64,000 bases of DNA. Origin: Candidatus Babeliales bacterium (GTDB lineage: Bacteria; Babelota; Babeliae; Babelales; JACPOV01). The notes under the pieces were generated by a model. That model ran no database searches and had not been told where the DNA came from. It saw nothing but the letters and a program-made list of their open reading frames with translations. Both the position numbers and the translations under genes were made by a program. The stretch covers positions 154,002 through 218,001 of the forward strand of contig JBFWNW010000004.1 of NCBI GenBank assembly GCA_050250855.1, read 5' to 3'. The stretch's first letter is position 1; each line of letters starts with the position of its first letter. Shown here in pieces: positions 1 to 9,700 of this stretch.

Positions 1-1476
1 CTTGATGCATTTGCTGCAGGGGTTACCAGTCCGGTAAATCCTTTTTTAGCATTTGCTCAAATTGCACCGCGTATTAATTATCGTGAAAGTTCTGCTTACT
101 TTGGCTGCTACATAGAACGTCAATTACCATGGGGTTGTGATTGTGCATGGCGCGGCGGTATGCGTATAACCTTACCGTTCCGTGCTATTGATATTAATTT
201 AGAAAATTGCTGTGATTTAGAAGAAACATTGGCAGATGTATGTCATCGTCAAAATGAACGTGTTGATGGCGCAGCTATTGGTGCAAATCCTACTATTCAA
301 ACGGTAGATGATTGTTTTGCTTATCGCCTTGATTTTTTAAGTTCTTTATTTTTACAACAAGCTGGTGTACCGCCATTTGATCCTTTTGTTGAATATCGTA
401 GACCGATAGCAAGTACTTTTGATGTTGCTATGGATGCAGCTGTTATTAGCGACAGAAATGATAACCCAATTAACTTTATTAGAAGAACTGATGGTACGTT
501 GCCAGAGGGTCCGTATTGTGCACCTTTTAATGTTGTAGATGCTGCTCAATTTATTAATGCTGATGGTTCTGGGGGCGTTAATAATGAACGTTTGCGTGGA
601 TTTAATCAAAATATTGATTATACACCACTTTCAAATGATAAAGCAGCGCAGCGCCAATTGTGGGCAGTTCCTACAGTCGGACAAGTTGCGGGAACACTTC
701 AAGAATTTACTATAGCACAAAATATTGGAACAGCGATTGAGCAACTTGTAAGAAATCTTCCTAATGCTGGTGCTATTGGTTTTTTTAATGAACATGGTGT
801 TGATTTTAATACGCAGCACAATGTTGGCTTGGGGCAAATGGAGTTTGAATTTTATGCAAACCGTGATTGGTGTAACTGGTTTTTTGAAGGTATTGTCGGT
901 TTTCATGCACCAACGGGTTTGAAAGTTAAAGATCCGGGCAAAATTTATAAAATTTTCAATACTGGCAACAACCGCCACTGGGTTGCAAAATTTGGCGGCA
1001 TTGCAACCTATGATCCTAACATTTGGTGCCATATAAAAGCTGAAGCATTTTATTCATATGTAGCTCCTGCTACAGAGCGCGTTGCTGCGCCATTTACAGG
1101 TGCAACGGTCAAAAATATCGGACCTGCTGTCAAAGCCTCTATTTCTTGGAATCAATTTGTTGCTCGCTTGGATACTATTTGGTTGGTGCCATGTAATCCT
1201 CGCGTTGGCTGGTTGCTTGGCTATGAAGCATATTTTAAAACAAAAGATAATGTGAAATTAAAACAAACAACCGCAACAGACTTTCTTGGCAATACGCACA
1301 CTCTTGATCCAGCAGTGTTAGAAGAACGTACTAAAGTATATAGTAGCAAGGCTCGGGTAGAAATGTTCCATCAAGGAAGTTTCTGGGAGCTTTTTGCAGG
1401 GTGGACTCATGTATTTGCTGGACGTAATGCGCCAAAAGAAACTGATTGGCATATTGGTCTGATAGCATTCTTTTAA
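1..1476 (+). CDS. Hypothetical protein, 5'-truncated by the window edge; possible outer-membrane beta-barrel-like protein
   Basis: The frame of ORF 160..1476 is open back to base 1. The C-terminal half has alternating aromatic/hydrophobic strand-like segments and ends in Phe (DWHIGLIAFF). Confidence 0.6.
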   Translation, partial: LDAFAAGVTSPVNPFLAFAQIAPRINYRESSAYFGCYIERQLPWGCDCAWRGGMRITLPFRAIDINLENCCDLEETLADVCHRQNERVDGAAIGANPTIQTVDDCFAYRLDFLSSLFLQQAGVPPFDPFVEYRRPIASTFDVAMDAAVISDRNDNPINFIRRTDGTLPEGPYCAPFNVVDAAQFINADGSGGVNNERLRGFNQNIDYTPLSNDKAAQRQLWAVPTVGQVAGTLQEFTIAQNIGTAIEQLVRNLPNAGAIGFFNEHGVDFNTQHNVGLGQMEFEFYANRDWCNWFFEGIVGFHAPTGLKVKDPGKIYKIFNTGNNRHWVAKFGGIATYDPNIWCHIKAEAFYSYVAPATERVAAPFTGATVKNIGPAVKASISWNQFVARLDTIWLVPCNPRVGWLLGYEAYFKTKDNVKLKQTTATDFLGNTHTLDPAVLEERTKVYSSKARVEMFHQGSFWELFAGWTHVFAGRNAPKETDWHIGLIAFF

Positions 1477-1497
1477 TTTTTTTCTTGTCAATAAGGC

Positions 1498-1531
1498 AGA
1501 GGCTGTGGGTTTCCATGGCCTCTCTTTTTTT
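1498..1531 (+). terminator. Rho-independent terminator
   Basis: AGAGGCTGTGG-GTTT-CCATGGCCTCT stem followed by a T7 tract, ~20 nt after the stop codon. Confidence 0.8.
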
Positions 1532-1573
1532 ATAAAAATTTTTTTTGTGCTATGTTAGATAGTAGATTTTGAT

Positions 1574-1735
1574 CGTTCGTATGCTTCGACAAGCTCAGCA
1601 CGAACGGAGTGAGTGTTGAGCGCAGCGTTTACTCCTGAGTTGGCTCGAAGGGTCAGCACGAACGGCTTTAATATAAACATTTTTTTATTCCATTCGCCCT
1701 GACCCTGAGCTTGTCGAAGGGGCGAAGGGTGCGAA
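1574..1735. repeat. Palindromic REP/REPIN-like element, family 1, composite copy A
   Basis: GTTCGTATGCTTCGACAAGCTCAGCACGAACGG unit, AT-rich spacer, then an inverted unit with a nested CCCTGAGCTTGTCGAAGGG. Related copies at 15187, 19279, 35802, 42041 and 60092. Confidence 0.85.
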
Positions 1736-1756
1736 AGAATAAACCAAAGAAAAATT

Positions 1757-3676
1757 ATGGAAGAACATTCAAATAAATTTTACGTTACCACACCCATTTA
1801 TTATGGGACAGCAAAGCCTCACTTAGGTTCCTTATATTCAACCTTGCTTGCAGATGTTGCTACGCGTTGGCACAAAATGCTTGGCAACAGAACCTACTTT
1901 TTAACAGGTACTGATGAACATGGTCAAAAAATTTTACAAGCTGCTCAAAAAGCTGGTATGGAGCCACAAGCGTTTGTTGATAGTTTTGTGCATGATTATA
2001 AAACTACTTGGCAGCATTATGAATTTGTGTACGATCAATTTATTCGTACCACAGATCCAGAGCATAAAAAGGCAGTACAGGAATGGGTAAAAACTGCACA
2101 GAAAAAAGGTGATATTTATAAATCTGTTTACAGCGGCTGGTACTGTACGCCGTGTGAAACGTATGTAACAGAAACGCAAGCAGGCCCTCATGATAAAGCG
2201 CCGCTTTGTGCTTCTTGTAATCGTGAAACGAGCTATGTTTCTGAAGAGTCATACTTTTTTAAATTGTCTGCTTATCAAGAAAAACTTTTGCAATTTTATA
2301 AAGAAAATCCAAACTTTATTGTTCCTAAAGAGCGATTAAATGAAGTTATTCGTTTTGTAGAAGCTGGGCTCAAAGATTTAAGTATTTCACGTACTACGAT
2401 TAGTTGGGGCGTTCCTTTTCCAGAAGATACGAGCCACGTTGTATATGTTTGGGTTGATGCGTTGCTTAATTATATTTCTGCCATAGGCTACGGACAGCAT
2501 GGCATGGAAGAAAACTTTAAAAAATGGTGGCCGGCCGATTTACAAATTTTAGGAAAAGATATTATTCGTTTCCATGCCGTTTTTTGGCCTGCATTTTTAA
2601 TGGCAGCTGATTTGCCGTTACCAAAAAAATTATTGGTACACGGTTGGATAAAAGTTGATAAGCAAAAAATGTCTAAATCTTTAGGCAATGTTGTAGATCC
2701 TATGGCGTTGTACGAAGAATATGGTGCCGATGCTGTTCGCTTTTATTTAGTTCGTCATATTGCCATTACTCATGATAGTGAATTTAGTATTGCCGATTTG
2801 CAAAATTGCATTACCAGTGATTTAGCAAATGATTTAGGTAATTTACTTAATCGTATGTTAACACTTGCTTTAAAGCATGACCTTTCACAGGTTCCTAAAC
2901 ATACCGTGTGGAATGAAATGGGCGTTGATCTGCGTAACGCGTGTTGGGATGTCATTGAAGAATATAAAAATTATATGAACGACGGTATGTTTCATATGGC
3001 CGTTGCTCGTTTATGGAAGTTTATTAATCAGGTAAATGCGTATTTTCATGCCAATGAGCCGTGGAAATTGGCAAAAAATGCTCCAGTTCAATTTACTGAA
3101 GTAATTTCTGCTACCTGCCATAGTTTGTATACTATTGGTTTATTATTGTGGCCAGTAATGCCAAAAAAGATGGAAGAATTGTTACGTAATTTGGGTGTTG
3201 ATTTTCATGTGAAGGGTAATATGGTTGAACTACTTGCCTCTAACAGGTGGGATCATCAATTTTATTTACAAGTAACTGAAACACTTTTTGCAAAACCAGA
3301 AAAGGTTGAAAAGATGGAACCTACAGAAAAAGTTATTACGCCAGAACAAGCATATATTACTATTGATCAGTTAACCCCTATTGAGCTACGCGTGGGAACT
3401 ATTGAAGCGTGTGATCATGTAGAAAAATCAGATAAACTCTATAAATTAAGCGTAAATTTTGGTGCATATGGCGTGCGACAGATTCTTTCTGGCGTAAAAC
3501 AAGCATTTAAGCAGGAAGAATTAGTCGGCAAGCAAGCAATTTTTGTTTACAATTTGCAACCTCGTAAAATGGTTGGGCTTGAATCTCAGGGTATGATGTT
3601 AATGGCAAAAGATGAAAAAGGCTTAAGGCTTATTGTTCCAGAACATGCAGTGGAAAATGGCACCAAGTTAAGTTAA
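1757..3676 (+). CDS. metG: Methionine--tRNA ligase with C-terminal tRNA-binding OB domain
   Basis: FYVTTPIYY, HLGS (HIGH-like), GTDEHG, Zn-knuckle CTPC/CASC, YVWVDAL and KMSKS motifs; C-terminal Trbp111-like domain (NLQPRKMVGLESQGM). Confidence 0.97.
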   Translation: MEEHSNKFYVTTPIYYGTAKPHLGSLYSTLLADVATRWHKMLGNRTYFLTGTDEHGQKILQAAQKAGMEPQAFVDSFVHDYKTTWQHYEFVYDQFIRTTDPEHKKAVQEWVKTAQKKGDIYKSVYSGWYCTPCETYVTETQAGPHDKAPLCASCNRETSYVSEESYFFKLSAYQEKLLQFYKENPNFIVPKERLNEVIRFVEAGLKDLSISRTTISWGVPFPEDTSHVVYVWVDALLNYISAIGYGQHGMEENFKKWWPADLQILGKDIIRFHAVFWPAFLMAADLPLPKKLLVHGWIKVDKQKMSKSLGNVVDPMALYEEYGADAVRFYLVRHIAITHDSEFSIADLQNCITSDLANDLGNLLNRMLTLALKHDLSQVPKHTVWNEMGVDLRNACWDVIEEYKNYMNDGMFHMAVARLWKFINQVNAYFHANEPWKLAKNAPVQFTEVISATCHSLYTIGLLLWPVMPKKMEELLRNLGVDFHVKGNMVELLASNRWDHQFYLQVTETLFAKPEKVEKMEPTEKVITPEQAYITIDQLTPIELRVGTIEACDHVEKSDKLYKLSVNFGAYGVRQILSGVKQAFKQEELVGKQAIFVYNLQPRKMVGLESQGMMLMAKDEKGLRLIVPEHAVENGTKLS

Positions 3677-3746
3677 TTAATTTCTTGATAATACAATTTC
3701 ATGTTGGTAGGATTGGGGTAATGTAGTTTTTATTTAAGGGGAATGT

Positions 3747-6700
3747 ATGAAGCAACAATCCTGCCTTTTGTATGGTATTTTTTTATTTTCTTTTTTTGTT
3801 AGTCAGCCATTTTTTATTCACGCGAGTGAAAGAAATCGTGAATATCGAAATGCTATTTCTGAAGAATTTTCCTATCCGCACGTTTTAGAGCAGATAAAAG
3901 AACTTATTGATCTTCATGTACACGTATCAAAAAATATAGATCAATTGTCCGCTGAAGATCTTTCTATTTTTATGGGGACTTTAGAGGATCTGCTTTCTGT
4001 TATTACCTCGATAAAAAGGAGTACTACTAATCCTGATTATGTTGAGCCATTGAGTTTGTATGAAGAACATTGCCTAGCAGTTTTAAAAAAGGCTCAGTCA
4101 GTATCTTTTCATATGGAAAGTAAAGCGCCGCGAATTGATGCTCCTGTAATTACAGCAAATGATGCTGTTGTGGGTAAAGACGGCTGTGACCTTACGCAAG
4201 TTTTGGCCATATTAGGGGCTATTAAGAAGCGAATTACTAATCTTTCTATTCTTATATGTGAAAAATTTGAATTTACCTGGTCGATATTAGAGAAAATAGA
4301 TATTGACGTAAATGGGATATTTACTGCATTAGAAGATATTCAAATTAGTGTAAGTATTGATTTATCGGGAATTTTTACGGTTTTAGAATTTGATTTTAAT
4401 AATTTACAAACAATAATTTGTGAGAAGTTTGAATATACCTGGTCAGCTCTGCAGAAAATAGATATTGATGTTAACGGAATATTCACGGCGATAGACAATA
4501 TTGATATTTGTCCAACAGTAGATTTGACTGGCATATTTACAGCCCTTGAATTTGATTTTAATAATCTACAAACAATAATTTGTGCGAAGTTTGAAGATAC
4601 CTGGTCGATCTTGCAGAAAATAGATATTGATGTAAATGGTATATTTACGGCTATAGATAATATTGATATTTGTCCAACAGTAGATCTTTCTGGAATATTC
4701 ACCGCGCTTGAATTTGGTTTTCATGATACGCAAACAATTATCTGTGCGAAATTCGAAGATACCTGGTCAATACTACAAAAAATAGATATTGACATTAATG
4801 GTATTTTTACCGCTATAGAGAATATCAATGTAAATGTAAGTGCGACAGTAGATTTATCAGGAATATTCACCGCGCTTGAATTTGGTTTTCATGATACGCA
4901 GACAATAATTTGCGCTAAATTCGAAGATACCTGGACGATCCTGCAAAAGATAGATATTGATGTTAATGGTATATTTACGGCTATAGAGAATATTGATATT
5001 TGTCCAACAGTAGATCTTTCTGGAATATTCACTGCACTCGAATTTGGCTTCTTTAATACGCAAACAATTATTTGTGAGAAGTTTGAGGATACCTGGACGA
5101 TCCTGCAAAAGATAGATATTGATGTTAATGGTATATTTACCGCTATAGAGAATATCAATGTAAATGTAAGTGCGACAGTAGATTTATCAGGAATATTCAC
5201 CGCGCTTGAATTTGGCTTCTATGACACGCAAACAATAATTTGCGAGAAGTTTGAAGATACCTGGTCGATATTGCAGAAAATAGATATTGATGTTAATGGT
5301 ATTTTTACCGCTATAGATAATATTGATATTTGTCCAACAGTTGACTTATCAGGAATATTTACAGCACTTGAATTTGGCTTCTATGATACGCAAACAATAA
5401 TCTGTGAGAAGTTTGAAGAAACATGGACAATACTTGGCGAAATTAACGAAAATGTACTAAATTTGTTTGAGTTTACGGCAAATCTAATAGGGACTTTGAC
5501 AGCGGATCTTCTTGATACGCAGACAATAATTTGCGCTAAATTCGAAGATACGTGGACAATATTGCAAAAGATTGATATTGATGTTAACGGCATATTCACT
5601 GCGATAGATAATATCGAAGTATGTCCGACAGTAGATCTGTCTGGCATATTTACTGCACTCGAATTTGGCTTTTTTGACACGCAAACAATAATTTGCGCCA
5701 AATTCGAAGATACGTGGACGATACTAGAGAAAATTGATGTTGATGTGAACGGTATTTTTACGGTACTGGATAATTTAGTACTTTCAGTAACGATAGGTGA
5801 AATTACCGTATCAGTATCAATAGACTTGTCTGGTGTATTTACTGCATTAGAGTTTGGTTTCCATGATACACAAACAATTATTTGTGAGAAATTTGAAGAT
5901 ACCTGGTCAATACTACAAAAAATAGATATTGACATTAATGGTATTTATACAGCAATAGAGAATATCAATGTAAATGCAAGTGCAACGGTAGATCTCTCTG
6001 GTGTATTTACGGCGCTTGAGTTTGGTTTCCATGATACGCAAACAATTATTTGTGAGAAATTTGAAGATACATGGACGATCTTGCAAAAGATTGATGTTGA
6101 TGTTAACGGAATATTTACTGCACTAGATAATATAAATGTATGCGCAACGACAGATCTCTCTGGCATATTCACGGCGCTTGAGTTTGGATTCTATGATACA
6201 CAAACAATACTGTGTGCAAAATTTGAAGATACCTGGACAATACTTGGTGAAATTAATGAAAATGTACTGAACCTTTTTGAGTTTACCGCAAACTTAGTGG
6301 GAACTCTAACCGGTGATATTCTTGATACGCAAACAATATTGTGTGCCAAATTCGAAGATACTTGGACGATACTCGAGAAAATAGACATTGATGTTAATGG
6401 AATTTATACAGTTCTAGATAACTTAGTACTTTCAGTAACGATTGGTGAAATTACGGTATCAGTATCGATAGATCTATCAGGGGTATTTACAGCCCTAGAG
6501 TTTGGTTTCTATGATACGCAAACAATAATCTGTGCTAAGTTCGAAGATACTTGGACGATATTAGAGAAAATTGATGTTGATGTTAATGGTATATTTACCG
6601 CAATTGAAGCAATCCCTACCGTTGATCTTTCTGGTATATTCACAGCACTTGAGTTTGGTTTCTATGATACACAAACAATAGTATGTGAGAAATTTGAGCA

Positions 6701-9700
6701 AACGTGGACAATCTTGCAGAAGATTGATATTGATGTTAACGGAATCTTTACAGCGATAGATAATATTGAAATATGTGCAACAGTAGATCTCTCAGGCATA
6801 TTCACTGCGCTTGAATTTGGCTTCTTTGATACACAGACAATAATGTGTGAGAAGTTTGAGCAAACGTGGACAATCTTGCAGAAGATTGATATTGATGTTA
6901 ACGGAATCTTTACAGCGATAGATAATATCGAAGTATGTGCAACAGTAGATCTGTCAGGCATATTTACGGCACTCGAATTCGGCTTCTATGACACACAAAC
7001 AATATTGTGCGCGAAGTTTGAAGATACATGGACGATACTAGAGAAAATTGATGTTGATGTTAATGGTATATTTACTGCAATTGAAGCTATACCAACAGTA
7101 GATCTATCAGGCATATTCACAGCACTTGAGTTTGGATTCCATGATACACAAACAATACTGTGCGCAAAATTTGAAGACACCTGGACGATATTAGAAAAAA
7201 TAGACATTGATGTTAATGGTATTTATACAGTACTAGAAAACTTGAATCTGTCAGTAACAATAGGTGAAATTACCATATCAGTATCTATAGATCTTTCTGG
7301 TGTATTTACCGCACTCGAATTTGGCTTCCATGATACACAAACAATTATCTGTGAGAAATTTGAGCAAACGTGGACAATCTTGCAGAAGATTGATATTGAT
7401 GTTAACGGAATCTTTACAGCGATAGATAATATCGAAGTATGTGCAACAGTAGATCTCTCAGGCATATTCACTGCGCTTGAATTTGGCTTCTTTGATACAC
7501 AGACAATAATGTGTGAGAAATTCCAATATACGTGGACTGCGTTAGAATTTGGATTCTACGATACACAAACAATAGTATGTGAGAAGTTTGAGCAAACGTG
7601 GACAATACTGCAGAAGATAGATGTGGATGTTAATGGCATATTCACAGCAATAGTCGATTCAGAAGTAGATCTATCAGGCATATTTACCGCCCTTGAATTT
7701 GGATTCTATGATACGCAAACAATAGTATGTGAGAAGTTTGAGCAAACGTGGACGATCTTGCAGAAGATTGATATTGATGTTAACGGCATATTTACTGCAA
7801 TTGAAGCAATACCAACGGTAGATCTATCAGGCATATTCACAGCGCTAGAGTTTGGGTTCTACGATACACAAACAATAGTATGTGAGAAGTTTGAGCAAAC
7901 GTGGACAATATTGCAGAAGATAGACGTTGATGTTAACGGAATCTTTACAGCGATAGATAATATTGAAATATGTGCAACAGTAGATCTCTCAGGCATATTC
8001 ACTGCGCTTGAATTTGGCTTCTTTGATACACAGACAATAATGTGTGAGAAATTCCAATATACGTGGACTGCGTTAGAATTTGGATTCTATGATACGCAAA
8101 CGATACTGTGTGAGAAGTTTGAAGATACATGGACAATACTGCAGAAGATAGATGTGGATGTTAATGGCATATTCACAGCAATAGTCGATTCAGAAGTAGA
8201 TCTATCAGGCATATTTACCGCCCTTGAATTTGGATTCTATGATACGCAAACAATAGTATGTGAGAAGTTTGAGCAAACGTGGACGATCTTGCAGAAGATT
8301 GATATTGATGTTAACGGCATATTTACTGCAATTGAAGCAATACCAACGGTAGATCTATCAGGCATATTCACAGCACTTGAGTTTGGTTTCTTTGATACGC
8401 AAACAATAATCTGTGCTAAGTTCGAAGATACTTGGACGATCTTGCAGAAGATTGATATTGATGTTAACGGAATCTTTACTGCGATAGATAATATTGAAAT
8501 ATGTGCAACAGTAGATCTCTCAGGTGTATTCACTGCGCTTGAATTTGGCTTCTTTGATACACAGACAATAATGTGTGAAAAATTCCAATATACGTGGACT
8601 GCGTTAGAATTTGGATTCTATGATACGCAAACGATACTGTGCGAGAAGTTCCAGTATACATGGACGGCGCTTGAATTTGGCTTCTTCGATACACAGACAA
8701 TAATGTGTGAGAAATTCCAATATACGTGGACTGCGTTAGAATTTGGATTCTATGATACGCAAACGATACTGTGCGAGAAGTTCCAGTATACATGGACGGC
8801 GCTAGAGTTTGGGTTCTTTGATACACAAACAATAATTTGTGAGAAATTTGAAGAAACTTGGACGATCTTGCAAAAGATTGATGTAGATGTTAACGGCATA
8901 TTCACAGCAATAGTCGATTCAGAAGTAGATATTTCTGGCATATTTACCGCCCTCGAATTTGGATTCTATGATACGCAAACAATAGTATGTGAGAAGTTTG
9001 AGCAGACGTGGACGATCTTGCAAAAGATTGATGTAGATGTTAACGGCATATTCACAGCAATAGTCGATTCAGAAGTAGATATTTCTGGCATATTCACTGC
9101 TCTCGAGTTTGGTTTCTTTGATACACAGACAATTATGTGTGAGAAGTTTGAGCAAACGTGGACAATACTGCAGAAGATTGATATTGATGTTAACGGCATA
9201 TTTACTGCAATTGAAGCAATACCAACGGTAGATCTATCAGGCATATTCACAGCGCTAGAGTTTGGGTTCTACGATACACAAACAATAATGTGTGAGAAAT
9301 TCCAGTATACATGGACGGCGCTAGAGTTTGGGTTCTTTGATACACAGACAATTATGTGTGAAAAATTCCAATATACGTGGACTGCGTTAGAATTTGGATT
9401 CTATGATACGCAAACGATACTGTGCGAGAAGTTCCAGTATACATGGACGGCGCTAGAGTTTGGTTTCTTTGATACACAGACAATTATGTGTGAGAAGTTT
9501 GAATATACATGGTCAATTTTGGCAGCTCTAGAACAAGATCTATCAGGAGTATTTACCGCAATGGCCTACGGTTTCTTGGACACAAAAACGGTTATGTGCC
9601 AGAAGTTCCAAGATACATGGACAATTTTAGATCCAATAGATGCGGCGCTTTGTTCACCGATAGAAATAAGACAAGCTCATGTTGGCGTAACAACGTATAC

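Noticed and set aside
4340..9250. Many minus-strand ORFs (MNIPERSTV... type)
   Set aside because: Antisense shadows of the repeat gene's codon pattern; no independent coding signal.
4250..9640. CRISPR array or diversity-generating retroelement in the long repeat region
   Set aside because: The repeats are in-frame coding units with synonymous variation and no unique spacers. There are no cas genes, no reverse transcriptase and no evident adenine-specific TR/VR pair.
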